Notes: generated by a model not told the origin, from the sequence alone. Positions 50,969 to 60,993 are shown, numbered from the stretch's first letter. The stretch: 64,000 nucleotides of DNA from Candidatus Woesearchaeota archaeon (GCA_038895475.1 JAWANI010000001.1:52387-116386); one strand, 5' to 3'. Translations and numbers: made by a program.

Positions 50969-51050
50969 ATTAAATCAGCCTTCCTGGTTGTTGTTTTCAA
51001 AGCAAAAGCTTTTTTTATGAATAGGTTTGTATTATTATTTTTTATTATTA

Positions 51051-51218
51051 TTAGTTTTCTTTGCCTTTTGTCCATTTTTGTTCTCTAGGTGTTCTGTTTA
51101 ATTTTAATAAATTTTTTTCGCATTTGCTAGAACAAAAGTAAAGTATTTGACCAGATACTTTTACATACATTGTTCCTGTACCTTTTGGTATTTCTTTGTT
51201 ACAAAATGAACATTTCAT
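51051..51218 (-). CDS. rpl24e: 50S ribosomal protein L24e (55 aa, absent from the ORF track)
   Basis: [56 protein letters not shown]4 zinc ribbon typical of L24e. Confidence 0.8.
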   Translation of the reverse strand: MKCSFCNKEIPKGTGTMYVKVSGQILYFCSSKCEKNLLKLNRTPREQKWTKGKEN

Positions 51219-51225
51219 TTTACCC

Positions 51226-51531
51226 TCACTGATTGCCTCTGCCCATTTTATTTAATGGTCTGGCTTCAATTTCAGTTTCTCTAAGCATCAATATGTCTCC
51301 TACCTGCACAGGACCTCTTACATTTCTTCTCATTGTTTTATTTTTATCCCTACCTTCAAGTATTTTTACTCTTACCTGTGTTGCTTCTCCCCTAGTTCCT
51401 GTTCGTCCTATTATTTCTTCAACTTTTGCGGGTACCGCTTGTGTGAAGTTTACTGCGCCTTTTATTTCTGTAGGTATTTGAACATTTTCTAAGCCTTTTA
51501 ATGGTTTTTTTTGTGGTTTATTACTACCCAT
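51226..51531 (-). CDS. rps28e: 30S ribosomal protein S28e (with an N-terminal extension)
   Basis: '[50 protein letters not shown]' matches the S28e core. Confidence 0.8.
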   Translation of the reverse strand: MGSNKPQKKPLKGLENVQIPTEIKGAVNFTQAVPAKVEEIIGRTGTRGEATQVRVKILEGRDKNKTMRRNVRGPVQVGDILMLRETEIEARPLNKMGRGNQ

Positions 51532-51542
51532 TTTTCACCTAT

Positions 51543-51893
51543 TTATTCTTTAAGTATGCTTTTTGCATCCCCTGCATCTATTATTGCTACTGCTGCCGTG
51601 GGTTTTGTCAATCCTGCAGCAACACCCAATTCTTCTTTGCTTGGTACTTCAAAAGCAGGTATTCCTTTTTCTTTTGCTAATAATGGTAAATGCATTACGA
51701 TTTCTTTAGGATTAACATCAGAAGCATATACGACTGCTACAGCTTGTCCTCTTTCAAGCATTTTTGTAACTTCATTTGTTCCTTTTTTTATTTTTCCTGT
51801 TTTTCTTGCTATTTCAACGATTTCATAACCCTTATTTTCAGCCATTTTATCCTCCGGTATTAGAAATAATACCTCATTCAGCTTTCGCTTCAT
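51543..51893 (-). CDS. rpl7ae: 50S ribosomal protein L7Ae (K-turn binding)
   Basis: 'KKGTNEVTKMLERGQAVAVVYASDVNPKEIVMHLPLLAKEKGIPAFEV'. Confidence 0.85.
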   Translation of the reverse strand: MKRKLNEVLFLIPEDKMAENKGYEIVEIARKTGKIKKGTNEVTKMLERGQAVAVVYASDVNPKEIVMHLPLLAKEKGIPAFEVPSKEELGVAAGLTKPTAAVAIIDAGDAKSILKE

Positions 51894-52037
51894 TAATCAC
51901 TGGTTTGCTATTGGGAAAAAATATTTGTTTATAAATATTTTTGTTATTATAAATATTTTATGTTAATATTTTTGTCTGAATGTGTAAATGGATAAGTTTT
52001 TATATGTGTTAATTTTTTTATATAAAAGATATATTAT

Positions 52038-52745
52038 GTGTTTGAAGTATATTGTGTATTCGGGGTGATTGTAATGAACTTAAAATATGGTATTTTATTA
52101 TTGTTTTTGAGTATTTTTATTGTTGCGTGTACTTCGCAGTCAGAGATTAATTCTGATGAGCCTCAGGAAGTTCAAAGCGAGATTCAAATTCGGGAAGGCG
52201 TTCAAGATAAAGTTTCTGATGCGGAATCTGGTTTGAATTCAGAAAAAATGTCTTTGAATAAAATATATAATTATGGTTCTGTTTCTAAGTTTACATATGA
52301 TGTAATTGTAAGTGTTAATAGTGAAACTATGAAAAGCACTTTCGATTATGCTTTGAGTTCTGATGTTGTTGATGGAAAAGAAGCATGGCTTTCAGTTGCT
52401 GAGATGGATGTTCAAGGGTCTAAAATATTGTCTAAAGTTTGGATTGATAAAATCACTTTTGGTTGTTTAAAATCAGTCAATGTAGTTAATTTTAATGGCA
52501 GAGTTATGGAGAATTCAGCAGAGTGTCCTAAAGAAGGTCCTAATGCTGTATCTTCATATGATAAAACTCCTGAACTTGAATATATTGGAATGGAAAGTGT
52601 TACTGTTCCTTTAGGATCTTTTAATGCTAAGAAGTATGTTTTAGATAATACAATTATTTATTGGTATGTCGAAAGTATCCCTATTCCTTTAAAGGTAGTT
52701 TATACTAATTCAGGTACTACCATGGAATTAGTTAGATGGAGTTGA
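52038..52745 (+). CDS. Hypothetical lipoprotein-like secreted protein
   Basis: Signal peptide ending 'IFIVAC|TSQ'. 235 aa. Confidence 0.4.
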   Translation: MFEVYCVFGVIVMNLKYGILLLFLSIFIVACTSQSEINSDEPQEVQSEIQIREGVQDKVSDAESGLNSEKMSLNKIYNYGSVSKFTYDVIVSVNSETMKSTFDYALSSDVVDGKEAWLSVAEMDVQGSKILSKVWIDKITFGCLKSVNVVNFNGRVMENSAECPKEGPNAVSSYDKTPELEYIGMESVTVPLGSFNAKKYVLDNTIIYWYVESIPIPLKVVYTNSGTTMELVRWS

Positions 52746-52803
52746 AAAAGTTAGATGAGTTGATTAGATGAGTTGAGGACTTAATAACTTTTTTATAGAA
52801 ATA

Positions 52804-53154
52804 TTATTTTTTTCTTTTTACCAAATTTTGTTTATCTATTATTGTTGATTGATTGGTATGACCGCAATCACATATTATTGGGAATGTATCTGTAAATAGT
52901 ATTTCCCCACATTTTTCGCAGTTAAAGCCAAATACTTCATTTGGTATTTTTATATCGAACTCTTCTAAACTAAAATCTTGTAGAAATATTTCGGGGTTTT
53001 TCTTAGGTTTTTGTATCTCTTTTGTTACTTCTAATATGCCTTCTGTTAAACATGATAAACATATATTTAATTCCCCTTTAGCATACGTTGTGTTAAATAT
53101 TACTGTTTCGTTGCTTGTGGTTCCACACATATCACACATTTTAAGTGGATTCAT
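52804..53154 (-). CDS. Multi-Zn-ribbon protein (116 aa)
   Basis: CDMCG...CLSC...CEKCG...CDCGH. Confidence 0.4.
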   Translation of the reverse strand: MNPLKMCDMCGTTSNETVIFNTTYAKGELNICLSCLTEGILEVTKEIQKPKKNPEIFLQDFSLEEFDIKIPNEVFGFNCEKCGEILFTDTFPIICDCGHTNQSTIIDKQNLVKRKK

Positions 53155-53523
53155 ATAAATCAGTATACTAAAATATATACTAATATATAAATGTTTTGTT
53201 ATTATGTATTAGGAACAAATAAGAAATTTATAAATTTTTAAATGACTTATATGTAAACTATATGTGAAAATATAAAATACATATAAAAAAAGTAGTAAAA
53301 AATAATCATAGTATAAGTTAATATAATATCTGTTCAATAAAATTCTTACTTTTACGATGGGAATAGGGGTTTCCTAAATTGTAGAAGGGGGAAAATCTCC
53401 TAGCCGTTCTATTCAAATTCCTTAATTTAAAAAATTCAAAATCGAAATATATATATATCTTTTAATAAAATGTAGTAGACTAGTATTGTTTGAAATAAAA
53501 AAAATCAAGGAGGGACAACAAAA

Positions 53524-53883
53524 ATGAAAAAAAAGTATTTGATAGGAAGTCTTCTTCTGTTTGGGATTTTGATGTCAAGTTTGTTTGTTTCTGCTGGATG
53601 GTTTGATTGGCTTTTTAGTAAAGATACTAATTTAGTTGGGCAGGCATACAAATATACCCTGCCTGTAAAAGAAAAAGTAAAATGTGTATTCCAAGATTCG
53701 ACAACAACACAGGTTTGTTCATCTGATAAAGGTAGTTGTAGTGGTGTTGATGTATGTATAGTTGATGTTTCAGGTAAGAAAGGGGAGCAAGTTACATGGA
53801 AAAGTACGTGTGGTGGATATGCTTATACAGTAATGGATGGACAGAATGACTATGCTAAATTTAAGTGTGCTTTAGTGAAATAA
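53524..53883 (+). CDS. Small secreted Cys-rich protein (119 aa)
   Basis: GGAGGG SD, then a signal peptide and 8 Cys residues. Confidence 0.4.
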   Translation: MKKKYLIGSLLLFGILMSSLFVSAGWFDWLFSKDTNLVGQAYKYTLPVKEKVKCVFQDSTTTQVCSSDKGSCSGVDVCIVDVSGKKGEQVTWKSTCGGYAYTVMDGQNDYAKFKCALVK

Positions 53884-53949
53884 AAAAACATCTTTCTTTT
53901 TTTATTTTTATTTTTTTCTTATGTGGAGATTTTCTTTTTAATGTATTTC

Positions 53950-54240
53950 TGGATTGGGCTTCGCCATCGATTAATGGAAACCTCATAAAATATAGCCTGC
54001 TATCGCAGGATTGATTGGAAACGAAAATTTTACTTTGCGGACGCAAGTTTCCAGAACTCCGCTTCGCTCGTAGCTGGAAACGAACTTTAACAGGAATTTA
54101 ACGACTTCACTTTGCTCGCCACTTCGTAGTTTCGCTCCGTTCCGTCCAAATTTTGCTCACGAGGAAACCTCGCCCTCGAGCTTACGCTCAGGAGTGGCTC
54201 GGTTTCATCTCTGTTCGCAAAACTTCGTTAAATTCCGATG
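53950..54240. ncRNA. GC-rich ORF-free island; candidate structured non-coding RNA of unresolved class
   Basis: GC content far above the flanks. Stops in all six frames. Repeated GGAAAC(C/G) and GCTCG motifs. Several complementary pairs: GCGGA...TCCGC, CGAGC...GCTCG, GAGG-AAAC-CTC. Confidence 0.35.
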
Positions 54241-54310
54241 TTAATAAAAAATATTATAATATTAAAATAATAATAGTAAATAATAAATAGTAGCTATAAA
54301 CCATATTATT

Positions 54311-55198
54311 ATGCTTTTAATATCTGCGATAATAACAGTTGTTGCGTTAATATTAGGTTCAATAACTGATTTTAAAAAAAGAGAAGTTCCAGATTATTTA
54401 AGTTATTCATTAATATTCATAGGATTTGGGATATCAATAATATACTCAATACTTTTTGATAGCAAATATATTCTTCAGACACTACAAGGTTTTGCAATAG
54501 GAATGGCTCTTGCATATGCAATGTTTTATCTAGGTCAATGGGGGGGAGGAGATAGCAAAATACTTATTGGAGTAGGAACAATGCTTGGTTTTAATATTTT
54601 TAATGCAATAGGGGAAAAAAACTTTCTTTTATTAATATTCTTAGGGGGAATAATAATAATAGGTTCAATCTACGGATTGTTTTTTAGTGCGTATTTGGCA
54701 ATAAAAAATAAGAAAAAATTCCTGCAAAGCGCCAAATTTTGGATGGAAAAAAAATATGTAAAGATATCCAGAAGAATATTGTTGGTATTTACATCCATAT
54801 GTCTTTTATTAATTATTTTGATTGTTCCTAATGATTATAAATCTTTGTTATTACCGATGGTTGCAGTTTTATTTTTTATTTTTTATATTTGGCTATTTGT
54901 AAAAATAGTTGAAGAAAGTTGTATGATAAAGAAAATCTCTGTGGATAAATTAACAGAAGGCGACTGGATTAATGAAAATATATATATTAAGAATAAGTTA
55001 ATTGTCGGTCCAAAAAACTTAGGAATAAGTAAGGAACAAATAAGAATATTAAAAAAGAACAATATAAAATATGTACTGGTAAAAGAAGGAATACCATTTA
55101 TACCTGTATTTTTATTATCTTTTATTTTAACGCTTCTAATAAATTATTTCGATTTATTAAATTTGGGTGTTGTTTTTTTAATCAATATTTTAAATTAA
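54311..55198 (+). CDS. Prepilin/preflagellin peptidase (A24 aspartic peptidase, FlaK/PibD-like)
   Basis: 295 aa polytopic. First catalytic Asp in 'SITDFKKREVPD'. Second in 'GQWGGGDSKILIGVG'. Confidence 0.65.
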   Translation: MLLISAIITVVALILGSITDFKKREVPDYLSYSLIFIGFGISIIYSILFDSKYILQTLQGFAIGMALAYAMFYLGQWGGGDSKILIGVGTMLGFNIFNAIGEKNFLLLIFLGGIIIIGSIYGLFFSAYLAIKNKKKFLQSAKFWMEKKYVKISRRILLVFTSICLLLIILIVPNDYKSLLLPMVAVLFFIFYIWLFVKIVEESCMIKKISVDKLTEGDWINENIYIKNKLIVGPKNLGISKEQIRILKKNNIKYVLVKEGIPFIPVFLLSFILTLLINYFDLLNLGVVFLINILN

Positions 55199-55242
55199 AA
55201 TTTAATTTATAGGAAATTTGATTTATAGAATTTTGCAAGATA

Positions 55243-55869
55243 TTATGGTATTCTTTCAAAACTTTTTAGCCAATAATTTACTTTTTTTTGTTCTTCACTC
55301 TTATTAATTTTATTTGTAGATACTTCGTTTTTCTTAATTTTTTCTTCATTAGATTCTTTATTTGATTCTTGCTGTGTTTTATTATTTTTTGATTCATCCG
55401 CTGTTAAATAATTATTTTTATTTTCTATATTATTATAATCGCTATTATTAATGTTTTTTTTATCTTCATATAATATATTTTCAGATATTATTCTTTGCAT
55501 ATTATCTAATGATTCATTAGAAGACTGTTTTGTGTCCCATTCTAGCATTAATCCGTCATTTTCCCTTCTAGGTATTATGTCAATGCAAAAATGCGGTATC
55601 TCCTGACCTGCAGAAGTGCCGTTATTGATTAAAATGTTTGTTCCATTAATGTTCATTGTAGAATAAAGAATCATAGAAACTTTATTGGCCGCATTAATCA
55701 AGTATTCTGATTCTTCATCTGAGAGCTGTTCAAGTATTGTAATGTGTTTTTTAGGAAATATTTGTATGTGTCCAGAAGTAATTGACTTTTGTGCAACACT
55801 AACTATTATTTTTTCATTACTATATATTATGTTTTTTGATTTATCATCATCACATATTATGCAACTCAT
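55243..55869 (-). CDS. HIT-fold protein with a non-canonical triad (HxCxD) and a K/N/E-rich C-terminal tail
   Basis: 'SCIICD', 'GHIQIFPKKH', 'GQEIPHFCIDIIPRREND'. Confidence 0.55.
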   Translation of the reverse strand: MSCIICDDDKSKNIIYSNEKIIVSVAQKSITSGHIQIFPKKHITILEQLSDEESEYLINAANKVSMILYSTMNINGTNILINNGTSAGQEIPHFCIDIIPRRENDGLMLEWDTKQSSNESLDNMQRIISENILYEDKKNINNSDYNNIENKNNYLTADESKNNKTQQESNKESNEEKIKKNEVSTNKINKSEEQKKVNYWLKSFERIP

Positions 55870-56444
55870 TTGAAATACTCCGTTATTTTATCTAAATCTA
55901 TTTTTTGCTGTTTATTTTGTTTTTTAGTAGTTTTTTCTTCAGATTTTTCTTTTGTGTTTGATGTTTGAGAGGTTTCTTTACCAAAAACTTTAATTAATTC
56001 TTTTTTTAATATGCTTTTTATTTTTTCTTTCTTTTCATCAGTAATCTCATAGGTTTGCAAATTAAATATTCCGTCATTTGCCCTTCTAGGAATGACATGT
56101 ATTAATATGTGCGGTGATTTTTGTCCTGCAGCAACACCGTTTGCTATAAAAACAGAAGTGCCGCCTGTCTGGAATGTTTTTAGTAATGTTTTGGACATTA
56201 AAGTAACTATTTTAAATATATGTGCAAGAAGACTTTCAGGAATTTGAGGCGATATCCTATAATGTTTTTTTGGATATACCAAGATGTGTCCTTCAGATGC
56301 AGGATTTATATCTAATATGCATATCACTTTATCATCTTCATGAATTATTTTTGAAGGAATCTTTTTTTCTGCAATCTTACAGAATATACAATTTTGTCTT
56401 TGCAACTCCATCATTTCTTCCTGAGACATTTCTAATTCGTCCAT
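55866..56444 (-). CDS. HIT-fold protein with an incomplete triad (HxLxH) and a K/E-rich tail
   Basis: 'NCIFCKIAEKKIPSKIIHEDDKVICILDINPASEGHILVYPKKH', 'GQKSPHILIHVIPRRANDG'. The stop overlaps the start of the downstream paralog. Confidence 0.6.
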   Translation of the reverse strand: MDELEMSQEEMMELQRQNCIFCKIAEKKIPSKIIHEDDKVICILDINPASEGHILVYPKKHYRISPQIPESLLAHIFKIVTLMSKTLLKTFQTGGTSVFIANGVAAGQKSPHILIHVIPRRANDGIFNLQTYEITDEKKEKIKSILKKELIKVFGKETSQTSNTKEKSEEKTTKKQNKQQKIDLDKITEYFK

Positions 56445-56755
56445 ATTGCTAAATAATATGTATTGTATTTAAATTTATTGGAGAATGATTATTAAATTTT
56501 TAAAATAATAATAATATTGATGCTTATTTTTTCATAAGGTTAAACTTTGATTTTATTTTGATACTTTTTTAATAGTAATTATTTATCAAAATATTTATAA
56601 ATATAGTTTATAGGTTATTAAGATGGTTTTTCATTAATTATATTATGTTGAAAATGATCGAGATTTAAAAAATAATGGTATTAGTGTATTATTACTTAAC
56701 ATTATTGCATTATTATTTAAAGCATTTATATCATCAAAATTAGCATAAAAAAGAG

Positions 56756-59458
56756 GTGTTTTTATTGTATTATGATGAGTCTGTAAAAGATGTATTTTTA
56801 AGATTAAATACAGATAGTAAAGGTATTAGTGATAAAGAGGCAAGCTTTAGATTAAGTAAATATGGCTTTAATGAAATAGGAGATAAAACAAAAACAAGTA
56901 TTTTTAAGATACTTCTTAATCAGTTTAAAAATTTTTTAATAATAATGCTTATTTTTGCTTCTATATTAAGTTTATCTTTGGGAGAGCTTCCTGATTTTAT
57001 AGGAATAGTTTGTATCATTACTTTAACTGTTCTTCTTGGATTTATACAGGAATATCGTGCAGAAAAAGCAATAGAGTCTTTGAAAAAAATTGCAGCACCC
57101 TACGCAAAAGTTATTCGAGATGGAGAGGAGAAAAAAATACCTGCCAAGGAATTGGTTGTTGGAGACATTGTTGTTTTAGAAGAGGGAGATGTTGTTCCTG
57201 CAGACCTAAGATTAACAGAGGTTTTTGAATTAAAGATTGATGAAAGTTCTCTTACAGGGGAAAGTAATCCCGTGTTTAAGAAAACAGAACCAATTAAAGA
57301 GAATGTCATTGTTAATGATCAAACAAACATGGCTTTCATGGGGACAGTCGTTACATTTGGGAAAGGCAAGGGTGTCGTCGTCAATACAGGAATGAATACC
57401 GAATTTGGAAAAATAGCTTCATCAATAGGTGAAATAGACGAACAAACAACACCTTTACAGGAAAAGTTTGAAAAAATGGCAAAACAATTAACAATAATAG
57501 TTTTGTCATTGGTTGTTTTAGTTTTCTTAATGGGTATGTTAACATTAAAAATAAGCCTTTTAACATTATTTTTGTTTTCTTTAAGCTTAGCAGTTGCTGC
57601 TGTGCCTAGTAGTTTACCTGCAATAGTAACCATAAGTTTAGGCTTGGGTGCAAAAAGACTTGCAACTAAAAACATGATTGTTAAAAGGCTTCCGGCTGCA
57701 GAAAGTTTAGGATCAGTAACTGTCATATGTTCAGACAAAACAGGTACAATAACAAAAAATCAAATGACAGTCACAAAAATATATTATAATAATAGAATAA
57801 TAGATGTAACAGGTGCAGGTTATGAACCTAAGGGAGAGTTTTACATTGGAAACAAAAAGTTATCTGATAAAGAACTATCAAACTTGGAAATATTATTTAG
57901 AATAGGATATTTATGTAATAATTCTAAACTGGTGTATGATAAAAGATGGTCTATTATCGGTGACAGTACTGAAGGAAGTTTAATTGTTCTTGCAAAAAAA
58001 TTTTCGGAAGAAAAATATTTTGAAGATAATTTCAATAAATTATATGAGCTGGCTTTTGATTCAGACAGAAAATTAATGTCTGTCATATATGAAAATTTGA
58101 AATCCAAAAAAACTGAAGCATATGTTAAAGGCGCCCCAGATATGCTTTTAGATGCATGTGATAAAATTTTAATTAATGGAAAAATTAGAAAAATAACAAA
58201 AAAAGACAAGGATGAAATTTTAAGACAAAACAATTTATTTGCAGAACAATCTTTAAGGGTGTTGGGATTAGCTTACAGAGAAATAAATACAAAAAAATAT
58301 TCTGTTAAAAATGTTGAAAATCAATTAGTGTTTGTTGGTTTAGTCGGAATGATTGATCCGCCAAGAGACAATATTAGTGAGGCAATAGCACAATGCAAAG
58401 AAGCAGGAATAAAGGTTGTGATGATAACAGGAGATCATCCGACAACAGCTAAAGCCATAGCAAAACAAATTGGTTTATTACAAGAAGGAGACATAGTAAT
58501 GACTGGATCTGAACTTAATAATCTTTCTGATAAAGAGCTTGGGGAGCAAATAGAAAGCATAAGAATAATTGCCAGGGCTATGCCAATACAGAAGACAAGA
58601 ATAGTTGATGCTTTGCAGAAAAAAGGCCATGTTGTTGCAATGACCGGTGATGGTGTAAATGATGCTCCAGCATTAAAAAAAGCAGATGTAGGAATAGCCA
58701 TGGGAATAACAGGAACTGATGTAAGCAAGGAAGTTGCGAAAACAATACTTGTGGATGATAATTTTAATACAATAGTTAATGCTGTTTCAGAAGGAAGAAC
58801 AATATATGATAAAATAATAAAATCAACCAAATATTTATTAGCATGCAATGTTGGGGAAATTGTTTCTGTATTATTAGCAATATTATTAAGATTTCCTTTG
58901 CCTTTATTGCCATTGCAAATATTATTAATGAACTTATTAACAGATGGAATACCTGCATTAGGATTAGGTTCAGAAGCTGCAGAAGATGATGTTATGAGAA
59001 GACCTCCAAGAGATCCTAAAGATAATCCGATAACAAGAGAAATGCTATATCTTATATTAATATTTGGTTTTGCAATGGGAATCGGGACTATTTTTGTTTT
59101 TTCAATATATCTAGACAAGGGTTTGCCTTATGCACAAACAATGGCATTTACCACATTAGTAATGTTTGAAATGTTTGCAGTAATGTCTGCCCGTTCATTT
59201 GCCAGTTTTAAGAAGATAAATCCTTTAAGCAATAAATGGTTGGCACTGGCAATATTAAGTTCAGTATCATTGCAATTAGCCGTAATATATATAGCGCCTT
59301 TACAGAAAATATTTGGCACAGTAAGCATAGGTTTAAATGATTGGATTGTTATTTTAATAGTGGCATCATTCGGGTTTATATTAATGGAAATAAGCAAATT
59401 TTTTGTTAAGGAACATTTTAAAGAAAAAAATATAAACAAAGAGACAATACCCTCATAA
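56756..59458 (+). CDS. P-type ATPase, P2-like cation pump (paralog of 3254-5881)
   Basis: 900 aa. 'CSDKTGTIT', 'MTGDGVNDAPAL', 'MITGDH'. The M4 motif reads 'VPSSLPAIV' rather than PEGLP. No in-frame ATG near the N-terminus, so a GTG (56756) or TTG (56765) start is likely. Confidence 0.85.
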   Translation: MFLLYYDESVKDVFLRLNTDSKGISDKEASFRLSKYGFNEIGDKTKTSIFKILLNQFKNFLIIMLIFASILSLSLGELPDFIGIVCIITLTVLLGFIQEYRAEKAIESLKKIAAPYAKVIRDGEEKKIPAKELVVGDIVVLEEGDVVPADLRLTEVFELKIDESSLTGESNPVFKKTEPIKENVIVNDQTNMAFMGTVVTFGKGKGVVVNTGMNTEFGKIASSIGEIDEQTTPLQEKFEKMAKQLTIIVLSLVVLVFLMGMLTLKISLLTLFLFSLSLAVAAVPSSLPAIVTISLGLGAKRLATKNMIVKRLPAAESLGSVTVICSDKTGTITKNQMTVTKIYYNNRIIDVTGAGYEPKGEFYIGNKKLSDKELSNLEILFRIGYLCNNSKLVYDKRWSIIGDSTEGSLIVLAKKFSEEKYFEDNFNKLYELAFDSDRKLMSVIYENLKSKKTEAYVKGAPDMLLDACDKILINGKIRKITKKDKDEILRQNNLFAEQSLRVLGLAYREINTKKYSVKNVENQLVFVGLVGMIDPPRDNISEAIAQCKEAGIKVVMITGDHPTTAKAIAKQIGLLQEGDIVMTGSELNNLSDKELGEQIESIRIIARAMPIQKTRIVDALQKKGHVVAMTGDGVNDAPALKKADVGIAMGITGTDVSKEVAKTILVDDNFNTIVNAVSEGRTIYDKIIKSTKYLLACNVGEIVSVLLAILLRFPLPLLPLQILLMNLLTDGIPALGLGSEAAEDDVMRRPPRDPKDNPITREMLYLILIFGFAMGIGTIFVFSIYLDKGLPYAQTMAFTTLVMFEMFAVMSARSFASFKKINPLSNKWLALAILSSVSLQLAVIYIAPLQKIFGTVSIGLNDWIVILIVASFGFILMEISKFFVKEHFKEKNINKETIPS

Positions 59459-59853
59459 TGCAAAATATTAAAATAGATGACATTTTAAAGACTTTAAAAA
59501 ATAATCAATTAGAACTTAGAAAAGATAATAATATAGGTTTGCGTGAATGGATTCATGAAGCATGGATGCACCATTCTGAATTGAATGTAGAGTTGAAAAA
59601 TTTAAGAAGAATTTTAGAATTAAACAGTTCTAAAAACTCAGAATTTTACAATAAGGAACACATTGTCAGAGAATTAAACAGAATAGTAAATGATGCAAAT
59701 GTACAAATAAAAATATTAAAAAACAAGTATTATAAAAAATTTGATATAACTGAGTTGGATAAAGATCCACTTGAAAGTACTGTTTTAACTTATATAGAAA
59801 TTAATTCTCAGCTAATGAAAAAATTAGAAGAATTATTGAGTATTATCAAATAA
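59458..59853 (+). CDS. Hypothetical coiled-coil protein (131 aa)
   Basis: Its ATG overlaps the ATPase TAA by 1 nt (TAATG). Confidence 0.3.
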   Translation: MQNIKIDDILKTLKNNQLELRKDNNIGLREWIHEAWMHHSELNVELKNLRRILELNSSKNSEFYNKEHIVRELNRIVNDANVQIKILKNKYYKKFDITELDKDPLESTVLTYIEINSQLMKKLEELLSIIK

Positions 59854-59907
59854 TTTTTATGCATTATATAATAAGATATTATCGTATAATTTATTATATG
59901 TTTTAAA

Positions 59908-60993
59908 ATGAAATCTAAAAAAGACCCGGTCTCTGAAGACACATTTTGTGAAGAATGCGGTAGTGAATTAAATATTGATACTTTTTTAGAAAGTAAATCA
60001 GGTATTGTTGAAAAAAATGTTCATGAATTAGAAAAAATTCCTAGATCAATTGATGTTAAAAAAAAATTTGAAGAACATTACAGGGAATTGTTGAAAGAAG
60101 ATTATGATAAGTTTATGAATTATTCTTTATCTTACATAAGAAAATGTATAAGGGTTAATACTTTAAAAATAAATATAGAAGATATAAAAAAAAGATTGGA
60201 AGATAAATGGGTTCTTGAACAAATACCTTGGTGCAAAGAAGGATTTTGGATTAAATATAGGGATGGAAAAAGATTTGATTTAGGAAATTTGATAGAACAT
60301 CATTTAGGATATATTTATGTACAGGAAGCTGCTTCAATGATACCTCCGGTAATTCTTAATCCTGAACCTGGAGAATTGGTTCTTGATATGTGTGCAGCCC
60401 CTGGTTCTAAGACAAGCCAGATGGCAATGTATATGGAAAATAAAGGATTAATAGTTGCAAACGACGTTTCCGGAATGAGAATTAAGGCATTAGGAATGAA
60501 TCTTCAGAGGTGTGGTGTAAGAAACACAATTATTACATTAATGCAGGACAATAAATTCAAAAAACTGGTAGATTCAGGTTTTAGATTTGATAAAATATTG
60601 GTTGATGCGCCCTGTTCTGGTACAGGCACAATAAGAAAAAGTTTAAGAACCATAAAAGAATGGAATCCTTCAGTTATAACCAAATTAAGCAGAATACAAA
60701 AAAATCTTATAACAGAGGCATTTCAGTTGCTTAAATCCGGAGGAATGATGGTTTATAGTACATGCACAATAGAGCCAGAGGAGAATGAAGCAGTTGTAAG
60801 TTATTTGGTAGATAATTATAATGATGCAGTTTTATTGGATATAAATACAGATGTGTTAGGTATAAAAAGGACATATCCAATAACTTCTTTCAAAGACCTA
60901 AAAATAAATCCCGGAGTAAAAAAATGTTTAAGAATACATCCTTATGATAATGATACTGAAGGTTTTTTTATTGCAAAAATAAAGAAATTGTAG
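59908..60993 (+). CDS. NOL1/NOP2/Sun-family RNA cytosine-C5 methyltransferase with an N-terminal Zn-ribbon
   Basis: 'DMCAAPGSKT' (motif I), 'DAPCSGTGTIRK' (motif IV), 'YSTCT' (motif VI). N-terminal 'CEECGSEL'. Confidence 0.8.
   Translation: MKSKKDPVSEDTFCEECGSELNIDTFLESKSGIVEKNVHELEKIPRSIDVKKKFEEHYRELLKEDYDKFMNYSLSYIRKCIRVNTLKINIEDIKKRLEDKWVLEQIPWCKEGFWIKYRDGKRFDLGNLIEHHLGYIYVQEAASMIPPVILNPEPGELVLDMCAAPGSKTSQMAMYMENKGLIVANDVSGMRIKALGMNLQRCGVRNTIITLMQDNKFKKLVDSGFRFDKILVDAPCSGTGTIRKSLRTIKEWNPSVITKLSRIQKNLITEAFQLLKSGGMMVYSTCTIEPEENEAVVSYLVDNYNDAVLLDINTDVLGIKRTYPITSFKDLKINPGVKKCLRIHPYDNDTEGFFIAKIKKL

Noticed and set aside
53861-54046. 61-aa minus-strand ORF inside the GC-rich island
   Set aside because: The island has stops in the other frames and no RBS. 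It is more parsimonious as part of a non-coding RNA region than as a coding gene.
53950-54240. GC-rich island as a horizontally acquired protein-coding fragment
   Set aside because: Stops occur in all six frames within short distances. The internal complementary segments favour RNA structure.
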